Shown here piece by piece: positions 1-10,634 of a stretch of 32,000 nucleotides of DNA (its first letter is position 1; every line of letters starts with the position of its first letter). The translations under genes were made by a program, and so were the position numbers. Below the pieces are notes generated by a model, which saw only the letters and a list, made by a program, of their open reading frames with translations, did not search any database and was not told the origin of the DNA. The DNA is taken from sequence record OZ374592.1; one strand, written 5' to 3'.

Positions 1-263
1 AATTTTGGTATTGTTTTGGTTAATATTTGCATAATTATGGATGAATTTATATAAGGTACTATGCCTAATGCAAAAACCCCGATAGTTGAAAATCCTCCGC
101 CAGAAAAAATATTTAAAAAATTGATTAACCCATTTTGTCCAAAACTATTATAAAAAGAATTATGATCTATACCTGGTATAGGTATAAATATCCCTAACCT
201 TGCGACAGATAGTATTGCTAAGGTGATATAGGCTTTTTGCCTAAGTTCAGTTTGGCTTTTCAT
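1..263 (-). CDS. secY: Preprotein translocase SecY, N-terminal 87 codons (gene continues past the window start)
   Basis: Manual reverse translation from ATG at 263..261 gives [83 protein letters not shown]. The LGIxPYIxxSIIxQ and GG..S.F.LGI motifs are typical of the SecY N-terminus. It lies directly downstream of rps5, as in spc operons. It is missing from the ORF track because it runs off the edge. Confidence 0.9.
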   Translation of the reverse strand, partial: MKSQTELRQKAYITLAILSVARLGIFIPIPGIDHNSFYNSFGQNGLINFLNIFSGGGFSTIGVFALGIVPYINSSIIMQILTKTIPK

Positions 264-333
264 GTTATAGGATATTTTTTAATCTATTTATTTATAGTAT
301 TTTAAAGATTACATTAATATGGGGTTTTATGAT

Positions 334-873
334 TTAAATTTTGATATTTGTTATGCCATATATATGATCTGTGGTTATATCTCTGTCTTGAGCTGTTTGC
401 TTAAATGTTCTTAAATTATTAAGTGCATTCAGTACAGCACGTGCATTATTTAAAGTATTGCTTGATCTCAATTGTTTTGCAAGTATATTTTTAACACCAG
501 ATAATTCTAGTACAGTTCTTACAGAGCCTCCTGCAATTACACCTGACCCAATTGCAGAAGGCCTAATAATAACTTTAGCAGCGCCAGAAGTTCCTGTAAT
601 AGGGTGTGGAATTGAATTTGATTTTGTAAGAGGTATATTAATCAGGTGTTTCTTTGCATCAGCCACACCCTTTTTAACAGCTCCTATAACATCGCTAGCT
701 TTACCAACACCAACACCTATTTGACCTTTTTCATTTCCAACTACTAGTATAGCTCTAAAGCTTAATTTCTTGCCTCCTTTTACTACTTTTGTTACTCTCT
801 TGACTTGAACAACACGTTCTGCCCAAGTTGTCTCTTGATCTTTATTTTTTAAATTCTTTTTTTTAATAATCAT
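334..873 (-). CDS. rps5: 30S ribosomal protein S5
   Basis: 179-aa ORF with the S5 core [22 protein letters not shown]..GxGxGKA. Its position between rpl18 and secY fits the spc cluster. Confidence 0.93.
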   Translation of the reverse strand: MIIKKKNLKNKDQETTWAERVVQVKRVTKVVKGGKKLSFRAILVVGNEKGQIGVGVGKASDVIGAVKKGVADAKKHLINIPLTKSNSIPHPITGTSGAAKVIIRPSAIGSGVIAGGSVRTVLELSGVKNILAKQLRSSNTLNNARAVLNALNNLRTFKQTAQDRDITTDHIYGITNIKI

Positions 874-883
874 AATCTTAAAA

Positions 884-1201
884 TTAAAAATATATGCCCT
901 CTTCTCGAGCAGTATCTGCTAATGTTTTAATTCTACCATGGTATAATTTGCTTCCACGATCAAATACCACTACTTTAATACCTTGTTTTTTTGCTTTTTG
1001 AGCTAAATCCTTGCCTATTAATTTTGATGTTTCGCGCGTAGCTGTACATTTAATTTGTGATTTTAAATCTTTCGCTAGGCTAGAGCTACTTACTAATATT
1101 TTATGATTAATATCATCTATTATTTGAGCATAAATATGTTTATTAGACCTAAAAACATAAAAACGAGGACGTTGATTAGTACCTTTAATTTTTTTTTTCA
1201 T
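884..1201 (-). CDS. rpl18: 50S ribosomal protein L18
   Basis: 105-aa ORF with [20 protein letters not shown] and a C-terminal YHGRIKxLADxAREEG, typical of L18. Operon position fits. Confidence 0.92.
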   Translation of the reverse strand: MKKKIKGTNQRPRFYVFRSNKHIYAQIIDDINHKILVSSSSLAKDLKSQIKCTATRETSKLIGKDLAQKAKKQGIKVVVFDRGSKLYHGRIKTLADTAREEGIYF

Positions 1202-1210
1202 ATTATTAAT

Positions 1211-1750
1211 TTATTTCCCTGCTTTGCCTACTTTTCTACGCACTTTTTCTCCTAAATACCTTATCCCTTTGCCTTTATATGGTTCAGGTGGCCGAACTGA
1301 TCTAATTTTTGCTGCTATTTGGCCTACTAATTCTTTGTTTATACCAGAGATAGTAATTTGTGTGTTATTTTCTACTTTGATTTGAATTCCCTCAGGAGGT
1401 TTGATATTAACAGGATGACTATAACCAACGTTTAGTATTAGGTTTTGGCCATCCATTTGTGATCTATAACCTACACCTTGAATTTCTAGTTTTTTGTTAA
1501 ACCCCTCTGATGTACCTATTACCATATTATTTACAATCGTTCTTGATAAACCATGTAATGCCTGTGATTCTTTATTTTTATTGACGGTATATAATTTAAG
1601 TTGATTATCAATTTTTTCGATTTGAATATATTCAGATAATTTGTATGATAATGTTCCTTTTGGCCCTTTAATTTCTACTATACTATTTTTAATAATAGAA
1701 GCCTCTATTTCATTAGGCAATTTAATAATTTTTTTTCCAATTCTGGACAT
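1211..1750 (-). CDS. rpl6: 50S ribosomal protein L6
   Basis: 179-aa ORF starting MSRIGKKxIxxP, with GVGYR and [11 protein letters not shown] motifs. AAGGAAG Shine-Dalgarno-like sequence just upstream. Confidence 0.93.
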   Translation of the reverse strand: MSRIGKKIIKLPNEIEASIIKNSIVEIKGPKGTLSYKLSEYIQIEKIDNQLKLYTVNKNKESQALHGLSRTIVNNMVIGTSEGFNKKLEIQGVGYRSQMDGQNLILNVGYSHPVNIKPPEGIQIKVENNTQITISGINKELVGQIAAKIRSVRPPEPYKGKGIRYLGEKVRRKVGKAGK

Positions 1751-1793
1751 TTTACTTCCTTAGGTTAACAATAAGATTAATTGGTATACAGAT

Positions 1794-2192
1794 TTACCAT
1801 ATATAACAAAGAACTTCACCTCCAAGTCCATTGTGTCTAGCTTGACTATCAGTCATTACACCTTTGGATGTTGATATTATTGCTATTCCTATACCTCCTA
1901 AAACTTTAGGTAATTCTTTATAATTCGCATAAACTCTCAAGCCAGGTTTACTAACTCTTTTTAAAGCACTAATGACAGGTTTTTTATGTTTGCCTTTGTA
2001 TTTTAAAGATATGATTAAATAGCTTCTTAAATTTTCACCTATTTCTTCAAACTCATATATAAAACCTTCATCTCTAAGTACTTTTGTGATATTACGAGTT
2101 ATTTTTGTTGCTGGTACTTGAACTATCTGATGTTTTGCTAAATTTGCATTTCTAATACGTGTTAACATATCTGCGATTGTATCGTTAACCAC
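1794..2192 (-). CDS. rps8: 30S ribosomal protein S8 (GTG start)
   Basis: 132-aa ORF with [13 protein letters not shown] and a C-terminal GGEVLCYIW, typical of S8. The initiator codon at 2192..2190 reads GTG on the - strand, with GGAG 8 nt upstream. Confidence 0.92.
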   Translation of the reverse strand: MVNDTIADMLTRIRNANLAKHQIVQVPATKITRNITKVLRDEGFIYEFEEIGENLRSYLIISLKYKGKHKKPVISALKRVSKPGLRVYANYKELPKVLGGIGIAIISTSKGVMTDSQARHNGLGGEVLCYIW

Positions 2193-2208
2193 TTTTGATC
2201 TCCATTTT

Positions 2209-2757
2209 TTATATTAATTTACTGAAAGGCATACCAAATCCTTTTAAAAGAGCTAAGCTTTCTTTATCATTTTTGGCTGTTGTTACTATAGCAATATCCA
2301 TACCTCTAATTTTATCAACATTATCATAATTGATTTCAGGAAAGATTAATTGCTCTTTTAGTCCAATATTATAATTTCCACGACCATCAAAATTTTTAAT
2401 ACTTATGCCTCTAAAATCACGTATTCTTGGTAAGGATAAATTAATTAGTTTATTTAAAAAATCATACATTTTTTCTTTTCTTAATGTTACCATTAAACCT
2501 ATGGGCAAATTTTCCCTGATTTTAAAACCAGCTATCGATTTTTTTGCTCTAGTCACTACGGGTTTTTGTCCTGTAATTAACGTAAATTCTTCTATGCTTT
2601 TTTCTAAAGATTTTGCATTCTGTGAAGCTTCTCCGAGACCTCGATTTAATGTAATTTTTACTAATTTTGGTATTTCATGTACATTTGTATAACTAAATGT
2701 ATTCATTAAATCAGGACAAATTTTATTCAAATATAATTGTTTTAATGAATTATTCAT
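2209..2757 (-). CDS. rpl5: 50S ribosomal protein L5
   Basis: 182-aa ORF with [11 protein letters not shown] and [18 protein letters not shown] motifs of L5. Confidence 0.93.
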   Translation of the reverse strand: MNNSLKQLYLNKICPDLMNTFSYTNVHEIPKLVKITLNRGLGEASQNAKSLEKSIEEFTLITGQKPVVTRAKKSIAGFKIRENLPIGLMVTLRKEKMYDFLNKLINLSLPRIRDFRGISIKNFDGRGNYNIGLKEQLIFPEINYDNVDKIRGMDIAIVTTAKNDKESLALLKGFGMPFSKLI

Positions 2758-2766
2758 AATTTTTGT

Positions 2767-3099
2767 TTAAATGGTTTCACCTGTTTTTTTTAATATTTTC
2801 ACTTTTTTATTTTGATCATTAATGATATATCCGTATCGACTAGCTGTTTTAGTCTTTATACTATAGAGCATTACATTTGAACTATGTATAGGCGCTTCAA
2901 TTTGTTTTATTTGACCTGTTTCATTTTCTTGTTTTGATTTGAAGTGTTTAGTTTTTAAATTGATATTTTTTACAATTACTTTATTAGTTTTTTTTATGAC
3001 TTTAATTATTTCACCTGTTTCTCCTTTATGAACTCCTGAAAGAATTTTAACAGTATCACCTTGTTTTACATGTATTTTGTATTGTTTTTTATTGATCAT
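2767..3099 (-). CDS. rpl24: 50S ribosomal protein L24
   Basis: 110-aa ORF with the KOW-like [21 protein letters not shown]. Its ATG overlaps the rpl14 stop codon (ATGA). Confidence 0.9.
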   Translation of the reverse strand: MINKKQYKIHVKQGDTVKILSGVHKGETGEIIKVIKKTNKVIVKNINLKTKHFKSKQENETGQIKQIEAPIHSSNVMLYSIKTKTASRYGYIINDQNKKVKILKKTGETI

Positions 3100-3464
3100 A
3101 CAACCTCGGGTGCTAAAGATATAATTTTTGTAAAATTCTTTTCTCGCAATTCTCTTGCAATTGGACCAAACACTCTTGTTCCTCTTGGATTGTTATCTTG
3201 GTTTATAATTACTGCAGCATTATCATCAAAGCGTATGCTCATGCCATCCTGCCTTCTTAAAGTTTTTTTAGTTCTTACAATAACGGCTCTTACAATATCA
3301 GATCTTTTGACAGGCATATTTGGTGATGCATCTTTAACTACAGCAATAATAACATCACCTATATGAGCATAACAAGGATTGCTACTACCTAATACTCTGA
3401 TGCACATAATCTTTTTTGCTCCACTATTATCTGCTACTGTTAAGTAGCTTTGATTCTGTATCAT
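3096..3464 (-). CDS. rpl14: 50S ribosomal protein L14
   Basis: 122-aa [29 protein letters not shown]...IRFDDNAAV, which is highly conserved L14 sequence. Confidence 0.96.
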   Translation of the reverse strand: MIQNQSYLTVADNSGAKKIMCIRVLGSSNPCYAHIGDVIIAVVKDASPNMPVKRSDIVRAVIVRTKKTLRRQDGMSIRFDDNAAVIINQDNNPRGTRVFGPIARELREKNFTKIISLAPEVV

Positions 3465-3472
3465 TTTTTAAT

Positions 3473-3718
3473 TCATTTATTATGGTTGATTTTATGTATT
3501 AATTTCCATCTTTTGTTTTTGCTGATGGGCTTTGTTTCTTGTATTTTTACAATATCACCTATGACGCATTCACTGTTTTCATCATGCACATAATATTTAT
3601 TGGTTTTTGTCATAATTTTACTGTATTTTTTGTGAGCTATTTTATTTTTTACAGCTACTGTTATTGTTTTTTGCATCTTATTGCTAATAACTATTCCTAT
3701 ATTTTCTTTAATTGGCAT
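3473..3718 (-). CDS. rps17: 30S ribosomal protein S17
   Basis: 81-aa ORF with an S17-like [16 protein letters not shown]...[27 protein letters not shown]. Confidence 0.9.
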   Translation of the reverse strand: MPIKENIGIVISNKMQKTITVAVKNKIAHKKYSKIMTKTNKYYVHDENSECVIGDIVKIQETKPISKNKRWKLIHKINHNK

Positions 3719-3723
3719 TTGTT

Positions 3724-3927
3724 TTATGATTCTTTGATTTTTTGTGTTTTTATTGTTAATAGTTGCGCTAGTTGATGTTTTTTATATTTAAATAAATGTG
3801 GTTTTATAGATTGTCGGGTTACTTTTTTGATTTGAAGTTCAAAGATTTCTCTTTTTATTTCAAGAATTTTTTGTTCTAATTCTTCACTTTTTAGTTGTTT
3901 GAAATTATCAATTTGTTTCAAAACCAT
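3724..3927 (-). CDS. rpl29: 50S ribosomal protein L29
   Basis: 67-aa helical, Lys/Glu-rich ORF ([21 protein letters not shown]) lying between rpl16 and rps17, as in S10 operons. Confidence 0.85.
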   Translation of the reverse strand: MVLKQIDNFKQLKSEELEQKILEIKREIFELQIKKVTRQSIKPHLFKYKKHQLAQLLTIKTQKIKES

Positions 3928-3938
3928 TTTCTTGTCTT

Positions 3939-4349
3939 TTAATTTGTTTTTATAATAAATTTTGTTTTTACAGGAAGTTTATATGAAGCTAATTTCATTG
4001 CTTGTTTTGCTGCCTGTTGAGATACACCAGCTATTTCAAATAAGATATGCCCAGGTTTTATAACAGCAACCCAATATTCAGGCGCTCCTTTGCCAGATCC
4101 CATTCGAGTTTCAGCAGGTCTTGCTGTAACAGGTTTATCTGGAAAAACTCTAATCCAAAGTTTACCGCCTCTTTTTACATATCTTGTAATTGTTCTTCTT
4201 GTAGCTTCAATCTGTCTAGATGTTAACCACACAGGTTCTAATGTTTGTAGTGCATATTCTCCAAAGGCAATTTTATTACCTTTAGATGCTTTTCCTTTCA
4301 TTCTTCCACGGTGTTGTTTTCTGAATTTTGTTTTTTTAGGGCTTAACAT
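3939..4349 (-). CDS. rpl16: 50S ribosomal protein L16
   Basis: 136-aa [24 protein letters not shown]...[19 protein letters not shown], canonical for L16. Confidence 0.96.
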   Translation of the reverse strand: MLSPKKTKFRKQHRGRMKGKASKGNKIAFGEYALQTLEPVWLTSRQIEATRRTITRYVKRGGKLWIRVFPDKPVTARPAETRMGSGKGAPEYWVAVIKPGHILFEIAGVSQQAAKQAMKLASYKLPVKTKFIIKTN

Positions 4350-4384
4350 AGTTTTAAGTTAATTATATGATCTTTATTTGATTC

Positions 4385-5029
4385 TTATTTTGGTGCCGGC
4401 ATATTTTCACCTTTAAACAGCCAGACTTTTACTCCTAAAATACCATATATTGTTTGAGCTGTTTTATATGAATAGTCAATATTAGCTCTAAGTGTTTGCA
4501 ATGGAACTCTACCTTCTCTAACCCATTCACTTCTTGCTATTTCAGCACCATTTAATCTTCCTGATACTTGAACTTTAATTCCTTGAATATTAGCTTTTTG
4601 CGATCTTTGTACACCTTGTCTTACAGCTCGTCTAAAAGCGATTCTTTTTTCTAATTGTTGAGTTATAAATTCAGCTATTAATGTTGCTTGTGTATCTGGT
4701 TCTCCTATTTCGATAACGTTGATTCGAATCTCTTTATTATGTTGTAATTTTTTTTGTAGGTCTTTTCTTAACTTCTCTATCCCGGAACCCATTTTCCCTA
4801 ATACAATCCCAGGTCTTGCAGTATGAATATCTATTTCAATTTGATCAACTTTTCTGCTGATGTAAATTAATGCAATACTTGCTGTATTTAATTGTTTTAT
4901 TATATGTGATCTTATTTTATAGTCTTCTTGCAATAATTCAGGATATTCTTTCATGTTGGAATACCAAGAAGACTTATGTAATTGAGTAATTCCTATTCTG
5001 AATCCCAATGGATGTGTTTTTTGGCCCAT
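4385..5029 (-). CDS. rps3: 30S ribosomal protein S3
   Basis: 214-aa [18 protein letters not shown]... with a KH domain and a C-terminal [29 protein letters not shown]. Confidence 0.95.
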   Translation of the reverse strand: MGQKTHPLGFRIGITQLHKSSWYSNMKEYPELLQEDYKIRSHIIKQLNTASIALIYISRKVDQIEIDIHTARPGIVLGKMGSGIEKLRKDLQKKLQHNKEIRINVIEIGEPDTQATLIAEFITQQLEKRIAFRRAVRQGVQRSQKANIQGIKVQVSGRLNGAEIARSEWVREGRVPLQTLRANIDYSYKTAQTIYGILGVKVWLFKGENMPAPK

Positions 5030-5051
5030 ATTAATATATTAGGTGTAATTT

Positions 5052-5399
5052 TTATATTTTCTGTAAAGTAATAGTTATATGACATGTAGGTTTGTGTATA
5101 GAAAATGCTCTACCTTGTGCTCTAGCTTGAAAGCGTTTTAATATTGGACCTTCATTTGCAAATGCTTGTTTTATTATTAAGTTTTGCTTATCCTCATCAT
5201 TATTTTTGTATGCATTTGATGCAGCAGAATCTAAGATTTTTTTTATATAGTGACATGGTTTGTATGGCATAAATTCTAATATTAACCTTGCTTCTTGATA
5301 TTTTTTTCCTCTAATTTGATTTAATATTCTGCGTACTTTATTTGGTGATAATCTTAAATACCTACCGATAGCCTTACTTTCATTATTATTGTTGTTCAT
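5052..5399 (-). CDS. rpl22: 50S ribosomal protein L22
   Basis: 115-aa ORF with RLSPNKVRRILNQIRGK and KRFQARAQGRAFSIHKPTCHITI motifs of L22. Confidence 0.92.
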   Translation of the reverse strand: MNNNNNESKAIGRYLRLSPNKVRRILNQIRGKKYQEARLILEFMPYKPCHYIKKILDSAASNAYKNNDEDKQNLIIKQAFANEGPILKRFQARAQGRAFSIHKPTCHITITLQKI

Positions 5400-5413
5400 A
5401 TATTTTATTTTAT

Positions 5414-5692
5414 CTATCTTCTAGTTCTTCTATCGCTTTTTATATGACTTCTAAAGTTTCTAGTAGGTACAAATTCACCAAGTTTATGGCCAACCATTTG
5501 ATCAGAAATGAATACAGGAAAATGTTGTTTACCATTGTAAACGGCTACAGTATGACCCACCATATTAGGTATAATAGTAGATGATCTTGACCAAGTTTTA
5601 ATAGTTTCTTTTGTACCTTTTTCATTTAGCTTGTCTATTTTTTGTAACAATTTGTACTCAATATATGGGCCTTTCGATAAAGATCTTGACAT
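5414..5692 (-). CDS. rps19: 30S ribosomal protein S19
   Basis: 92-aa [19 protein letters not shown]...[32 protein letters not shown], canonical for S19. Confidence 0.96.
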   Translation of the reverse strand: MSRSLSKGPYIEYKLLQKIDKLNEKGTKETIKTWSRSSTIIPNMVGHTVAVYNGKQHFPVFISDQMVGHKLGEFVPTRNFRSHIKSDRRTRR

Positions 5693-5709
5693 AATTATGT
5701 GATTGTAAT

Positions 5710-6537
5710 TTATTTGCGACGACGTAATATGTAATTATTACTATATTTCTTTGATTTACGAGTCTTAATTCCTAAAGCTGGTTTTCCCCAAGGAGTTACA
5801 GGATGTGATTTACCAATAGGTGATCGTCCTTCACCGCCTCCATGTGGATGATCTACAGGGTTCATGACTACACCTCTTACTCTTGGCTTTTTCCCTAGCC
5901 ATCTATTTCTTCCAGCTTTTCCTATTGTAATATTGCTTGCATCTATATTGCCTACTTGGCCAATAGTTGCATAACACTCCTTACGTATAATTCGTACTTC
6001 GCTGGATGGTAATTTTAAAGTAATAAAATTACCTTCTTTAGCTACGATTTGCGCATATGTACCAGCAGATCTAACAATTTGCCCCCCCTTTTTAGCTGTT
6101 AGTTCTATATTATGAACAGCTGTTCCTAAAGGAATTTGAGATAATGGTAAAGCATTGCCAACTTCAATAGGTGCATATAGTCCAGAAATAACTCTTTGAC
6201 CTATTTTTAATGTTCTTGGGTGCAAAATATAGCGTTTTTCACCATCTTGGTAGTGTAGTAAAGCAATTCTTGCGTTTCTATTAGGATCATATTCGATACT
6301 GGCAACCTTAGCTTCTATATCAATCTTATTGCGTTTAAAATCTATTATGCGGTATCTTTTTTTATGTCCTCCTCCTTTATATCTAGATGTAATTATTCCT
6401 CGATTATTGCGACCTTGCTTTCTATGATTTTTAGCTAATAAAGACTTTTCGGGTTTATTGGCTGTAATTTCTCTAAAAGTTGAAACAGTTCTATTTCTTG
6501 TACCTGGAGTATATGCTCTATATAAGCGAATGGCCAT
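5710..6537 (-). CDS. rpl2: 50S ribosomal protein L2
   Basis: 275-aa ORF with [15 protein letters not shown] and [19 protein letters not shown] motifs. Confidence 0.97.
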   Translation of the reverse strand: MAIRLYRAYTPGTRNRTVSTFREITANKPEKSLLAKNHRKQGRNNRGIITSRYKGGGHKKRYRIIDFKRNKIDIEAKVASIEYDPNRNARIALLHYQDGEKRYILHPRTLKIGQRVISGLYAPIEVGNALPLSQIPLGTAVHNIELTAKKGGQIVRSAGTYAQIVAKEGNFITLKLPSSEVRIIRKECYATIGQVGNIDASNITIGKAGRNRWLGKKPRVRGVVMNPVDHPHGGGEGRSPIGKSHPVTPWGKPALGIKTRKSKKYSNNYILRRRK

Positions 6538-6571
6538 ATTCGTATTTTGATTTTTTATATTTTAGATTAAA

Positions 6572-6865
6572 TTAACTTTCTGGAAATAAATTAATGTTAT
6601 CATTTTTATGTAGTGTAATTATTGCTTTTTTGTATCTTGCTTTTTTCCCTTTAAATTTTCCTAAACTTTTTTTTTTCACAGGAGTATTACAAGTATTAAC
6701 CTTTATAACATTTACATCAAATATATATTCAATAGCTTGCTTAATTTGGGGTTTATTCGCATTACGTGATACTGCAAAGCTGTATTGATTTTCTTCAAGA
6801 AGTTGAGTGCTTTTATCGCTAATTATCGGATATTTTAATAGATCAATAAGTTGTGTTTTATCCAT
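6572..6865 (-). CDS. rpl23: 50S ribosomal protein L23
   Basis: 97-aa ORF with [21 protein letters not shown] and KKAIITL, lying between rpl4 and rpl2. Confidence 0.88.
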   Translation of the reverse strand: MDKTQLIDLLKYPIISDKSTQLLEENQYSFAVSRNANKPQIKQAIEYIFDVNVIKVNTCNTPVKKKSLGKFKGKKARYKKAIITLHKNDNINLFPES

Positions 6866-6871
6866 TACTTT

Positions 6872-7534
6872 TTAATTATTGTATATTTTATTTATTCTGT
6901 TTAGTGCATTTGTTGTAATTATAAGTTTATCAGATTTCAGTAAAGTGAAAATATTTAGTTGGTCTGCATTTATTAGTTCTATGTTTTTTATATTGCGTAT
7001 TGATAAATATAAATTTTTATTTTGATTTGCAATAATTACTAATATTTTGCTTTTATTAATATTCTGAATACCTATTCTTTGAATTTCACTTATTATAAGT
7101 TGACAGTTAGGTCGACCCCAATATTCAAGAGCATTATCGACAACAAATGTATCATTAAATTTATTATCTAGCAACGTCCTTAAGGCCAATTGTTTTTCTT
7201 TTCTATTAATTTTTTTCTTATTATTTCTTTGTTTAGGCCCAAAAATTACTCCACCACCTCTCCATAATGGTGATCTGTTTGATCCTGCTCTAGCCTTTCC
7301 TGAGCCTTTTTGCTTCCAAGGCTTTTTACCACCACCGCTTACCTCACTGCGTGTTTTTGTGTTAGCAGTTCTTTGCCTTTTATTATGTAATTGTTGAATT
7401 AGTGATCGATGTATTATATACATACCTGTATTGTCACTAATTTTTAAATTAATTTTATGTATATCTAAGTTTTCTATATCTGTGTTATTTTCTGATTTAA
7501 TAACACGATAATTTAAAGATTTTTCAATAACCAT
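6872..7534 (-). CDS. rpl4: 50S ribosomal protein L4
   Basis: 220-aa ORF with SGGGKKPWKQKGSGKARAGSNRSPLWRGGGVIFGPK, the L4 signature. Confidence 0.94.
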   Translation of the reverse strand: MVIEKSLNYRVIKSENNTDIENLDIHKINLKISDNTGMYIIHRSLIQQLHNKRQRTANTKTRSEVSGGGKKPWKQKGSGKARAGSNRSPLWRGGGVIFGPKQRNNKKKINRKEKQLALRTLLDNKFNDTFVVDNALEYWGRPNCQLIISEIQRIGIQNINKSKILVIIANQNKNLYLSIRNIKNIELINADQLNIFTLLKSDKLIITTNALNRINKIYNN

Positions 7535-7538
7535 TGAT

Positions 7539-8159
7539 TTATTTTGTGTTGATACTTATAATACTTCCACGTTTTCCTGGAACAGCTCCTTTGACTATAA
7601 CAATATTGTCTTCTTGGTGTATATCAATTATTTTTAAGTTTTTAATTGTGATTTTTTTATGTCCCATACGACCAGCCATTTTTTTTCCAGGAAACACTCT
7701 GCCAGGAGTTGTTCCAGCACCAATAGAACCTGGTTGACGATGATTTTTAGATCCGTGTGTCATAGGCCCTCTGCTAAAGTGGTGTCTTTTTTGATAGCCT
7801 GTGAATCCTTTTCCTATGCTCAAGCCAGATACTTTAATTAAGAGGCCTATTTTTAATTGATCTACTGTAAGAACTTGACCTATTGTAAAATTCTCTAAAG
7901 AATTTACTCTATATTCATGTAGGTATTTTAAAGCGGGTGCTCTAGATTTATTTAAATGTCCTAATTGAGGTTTTGATAATTTATTGCGATTAATTTCGGA
8001 ATATCCAATTTGTATAGCTTGATATCCATCTGTGGTCATGTTTTTTATTTGTGTAATTATACAAGGACCTAACTGTAGAATTGTTACAGGTATAGCACTC
8101 CCTTTTTCGTCGAAAATTTGAGTCATTCCAATTTTTGTTCCTAATAGACTAATTGGCAC
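7539..8159 (-). CDS. rpl3: 50S ribosomal protein L3 (GTG start)
   Basis: 206-aa ORF (M)[19 protein letters not shown]...[29 protein letters not shown], typical of L3. The codon at 8159..8157 is GTG on the - strand, with GGAGAG about 9 nt upstream. Confidence 0.94.
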   Translation of the reverse strand: MPISLLGTKIGMTQIFDEKGSAIPVTILQLGPCIITQIKNMTTDGYQAIQIGYSEINRNKLSKPQLGHLNKSRAPALKYLHEYRVNSLENFTIGQVLTVDQLKIGLLIKVSGLSIGKGFTGYQKRHHFSRGPMTHGSKNHRQPGSIGAGTTPGRVFPGKKMAGRMGHKKITIKNLKIIDIHQEDNIVIVKGAVPGKRGSIISINTK

Positions 8160-8371
8160 GGTTGATTTCTCTCCATTTGGTAAGAGATTTTTGCGGACAG
8201 GCTACAATTTTATTAATATCTTTATTATCTTTGAATTTCACGGAATTTTCAAGTTTAGACATGCTCATTTATTTTTAATAATAATAGTGTGGTAATTACT
8301 ACTTTATTAAATATTTTATTTACTGCAATATTATGAATAATAATTAGAATTTAATGTCAAGGTAAATATTT

Positions 8372-10243
8372 ATGAGTAAGGTTGTTGGTATTGATTTAGG
8401 TACTACTAATTCGGTAGTCGCAGTTATGGAGGGTGGAAAACCCACTGTAATACCAAATAAAGAGGGGTTAAGAACAACTCCTTCTGTCGTAGCTTATACA
8501 AAAAAGCAAGATAAGTTAGTAGGTCATATTGCTAAAAGGCAAGCAGTAATGAATCCAGAAAATACTTTTTATTCAGTAAAAAGGTTTATTGGTCGTAAAC
8601 AAGAAGAAGTTAGTAATGAGACTAAACAATCTTCTTACAATGTTAAAACTGATTCTAATTTAAATATTAAAATTGAATGTCCAGCTTTAAATAAAGATTT
8701 TGCTCCTGAGGAAATATCGGCTCAAGTTTTAAGGAAATTAGTTGAAGATGCAAGTACATATTTAGGTCAAGCTGTTACACAAGCAGTAATTACAGTACCA
8801 GCTTATTTTAATGATTCCCAAAGACAGGCTACTAAGGATGCAGGTCAGATAGCGGGCTTGGACGTTTTACGAATTATAAATGAGCCAACAGCAGCTTCTT
8901 TGTCTTATGGGTTAGATAAAAAAGACAATGAAACTATCCTTGTTTTTGATTTAGGTGGTGGAACTTTTGATGTTTCTATTTTAGAAGTAGGGGATGGTGT
9001 TTTTGAAGTTTTATCTACTTCTGGCGATACTCATTTAGGTGGAGATGACTTTGATAGTAAAATAGTGTCATGGTTGATAGAGCAATTTAAAAATGATGAA
9101 GGTATTAACTTAGGGCAAGACAGGCAAGCGCTACAGAGATTAACGGAAGCTGCAGAAAAAGCAAAAATGGAATTATCTAGTTTATCGCAGACTGATATTA
9201 ATCTACCATTTATTACTTCTACAGATACAGGGCCAAAGCATTTAGAAAAAAGTATAACTCGTGCTAAATTTGAAAATTTATGCAAAGATTTAATTGATAG
9301 ATGCCAAGTACCTGTTAATAATGCTTTAAAAGATGCGCAGTTAAAAGCTAGTGATATTGATGAAATTGTATTAGTTGGAGGCTCTACACGTATACCGGCT
9401 ATTCAAGACTTAGTTCAAAAAATTATTGGTAAAGAGCCTAATCAAAGTGTTAACCCTGATGAAGTTGTAGCGATAGGTGCTGCTGTCCAAGCAGGTGTAT
9501 TAGCTGGTGAAGTAAAGGATATTTTACTTCTAGATGTTACGCCTTTATCTTTAGGTGTTGAAACATTAGGTGGGGTTATGACCAAAATTATTACTCGTAA
9601 TACTACTGTTCCTACTAAAAAATCTGAAGTATTCTCTACAGCGGTAGATAATCAGCCAAATGTAGAGATCCATATACTTCAAGGTGAGCGTGAGTTTACT
9701 AAGGACAATAAAAGTTTAGGAACTTTTAGGTTAGACGGGATTATGCCTGCTCCAAGAGGAGTACCTCAAATAGAAGTAACATTTGACATAGATGCTAATG
9801 GTATTTTATCAGTGAATGCTAAAGATAAAGGAACAGGTAAGGAGCAGTCTATTACAATAACCGGTGCTTCAACTTTGCCGAAAGAAGAAGTCGAAAGGCT
9901 TGTTGAAGAAGCAGAGCAAAATTCCGATATTGATAAGCAAAAAAGAGAAAAAATTGATGTGAAAAATCAAGCAGATTCTTTTTGCTATCAAACAGAGAAT
10001 CAACTTAAGGAATTAGGAGGTAAGATCCCAGTAGAAGATAAGGATAAATTAGAGGACTTAATTAAGCAGTTAAGACAAGCTATTCAAGAGGAGAATTATG
10101 ATTTAATGAAATCATTACAAGACCAAGTACAAAAAGATTTAATGGATATAGGTAAAAAAGTATATAATTCATCTGAATCTTCTCAAAATGTGGATAACCC
10201 TAAAGATGATAGTGTAATAGATACAGACTCTAGTGAAGCTTAA
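8372..10243 (+). CDS. dnaK: Hsp70 chaperone DnaK
   Basis: 623-aa ORF with [19 protein letters not shown] and [13 protein letters not shown] signatures, plus the substrate-binding and lid domains. Confidence 0.98.
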   Translation: MSKVVGIDLGTTNSVVAVMEGGKPTVIPNKEGLRTTPSVVAYTKKQDKLVGHIAKRQAVMNPENTFYSVKRFIGRKQEEVSNETKQSSYNVKTDSNLNIKIECPALNKDFAPEEISAQVLRKLVEDASTYLGQAVTQAVITVPAYFNDSQRQATKDAGQIAGLDVLRIINEPTAASLSYGLDKKDNETILVFDLGGGTFDVSILEVGDGVFEVLSTSGDTHLGGDDFDSKIVSWLIEQFKNDEGINLGQDRQALQRLTEAAEKAKMELSSLSQTDINLPFITSTDTGPKHLEKSITRAKFENLCKDLIDRCQVPVNNALKDAQLKASDIDEIVLVGGSTRIPAIQDLVQKIIGKEPNQSVNPDEVVAIGAAVQAGVLAGEVKDILLLDVTPLSLGVETLGGVMTKIITRNTTVPTKKSEVFSTAVDNQPNVEIHILQGEREFTKDNKSLGTFRLDGIMPAPRGVPQIEVTFDIDANGILSVNAKDKGTGKEQSITITGASTLPKEEVERLVEEAEQNSDIDKQKREKIDVKNQADSFCYQTENQLKELGGKIPVEDKDKLEDLIKQLRQAIQEENYDLMKSLQDQVQKDLMDIGKKVYNSSESSQNVDNPKDDSVIDTDSSEA

Positions 10244-10263
10244 AAATTTGAATAAAAACTATA

Positions 10264-10335
10264 AGCGGGTAACGCGATTCGAACGCGCGACATCAACCTT
10301 GGCAAGGTTGCGCTCTACCACTGAGCTATACCCGC
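10264..10335 (-). tRNA. trnG: tRNA-Gly (anticodon GCC)
   Basis: The reverse complement folds as a cloverleaf: GCGGGTA TA GCTC AGTGGTA GAGC G CAACC TTGCCAA GGTTG ATGTC GCGCG TTCGAAT CGCGT TACCCGC T. It has a 7-bp acceptor stem, a GTTCGAAT T-loop and anticodon loop TTGCCAA. No CCA is encoded. Confidence 0.93.
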
Positions 10336-10390
10336 TATAGTAGCATATTTTCTCATTAGATGAAGTTTTTGTCAAGTATTGCATTATTGA

Positions 10391-10420
10391 AAATAGATAT
10401 ATTGAATATTATATCTATTT
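10391..10420 (-). terminator. Perfect 11-bp stem-loop 25 nt downstream of the psbZ stop (putative 3'-end or processing hairpin)
   Basis: aaatagatata (10391..10401) pairs with tatatctattt (10410..10420) around an 8-nt loop. Confidence 0.45.
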
Positions 10421-10445
10421 ATATTTATTATTTAATGTTTAAATA

Positions 10446-10634
10446 TTAAGTAATAAATGAATTTACTAGTCCTGTGATAATAACGAGTCCTGCCCATAAT
10501 CCTGCGCCTGTATAAATTAAGTTTTTAGATTGTTCCCACTGTCCAGGAGAAGCTAAAGTAACAGGAATTCCAATAACTAATAATGTTGATAGTATAACTA
10601 GAATAAAGACAAGTAATTGTATAGCTATTGTCAT
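10446..10634 (-). CDS. psbZ: Photosystem II protein PsbZ (Ycf9)
   Basis: 62-aa two-helix ORF MTIAIQLLVFILV...VTLASPGQWEQSKNLIYTGAGLWAGLVIITGLVNSFI, which matches the PsbZ pattern. AGGAGAG lies upstream. Confidence 0.9.
   Translation of the reverse strand: MTIAIQLLVFILVILSTLLVIGIPVTLASPGQWEQSKNLIYTGAGLWAGLVIITGLVNSFIT

Noticed and set aside
458-7841. Eight + strand ORFs of 60-101 codons from the track (458..724, 2405..2692, 3061..3366, 3539..3775, 4090..4362, 6594..6788, 7534..7737, 7659..7841), all lying inside the ribosomal protein cluster.
   Set aside because: Each lies antisense to a clearly conserved - strand ribosomal protein gene. Their translations are hydrophobic, Phe/Leu/Ile-rich sequences with no recognisable motifs. 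They are shadow ORFs.
8160-8268. Short - strand ORF (about 36 codons, MSMSKLENSVKFKDNK...) in the rpl3-dnaK spacer that overlaps the rpl3 start.
   Set aside because: It is very short and out of frame with rpl3, with no Shine-Dalgarno sequence or recognisable family. It is most simply part of the rpl3 leader and promoter region.
8160-8371. Possible CIRCE/HrcA heat-shock operator upstream of dnaK.
   Set aside because: There is no TTAGCACTC-N9-GAGTGCTAA-like inverted repeat in the spacer.
9031-9285. 84-codon - strand ORF inside dnaK.
   Set aside because: It is antisense to the highly conserved dnaK frame and has no motif, Shine-Dalgarno sequence or independent support.
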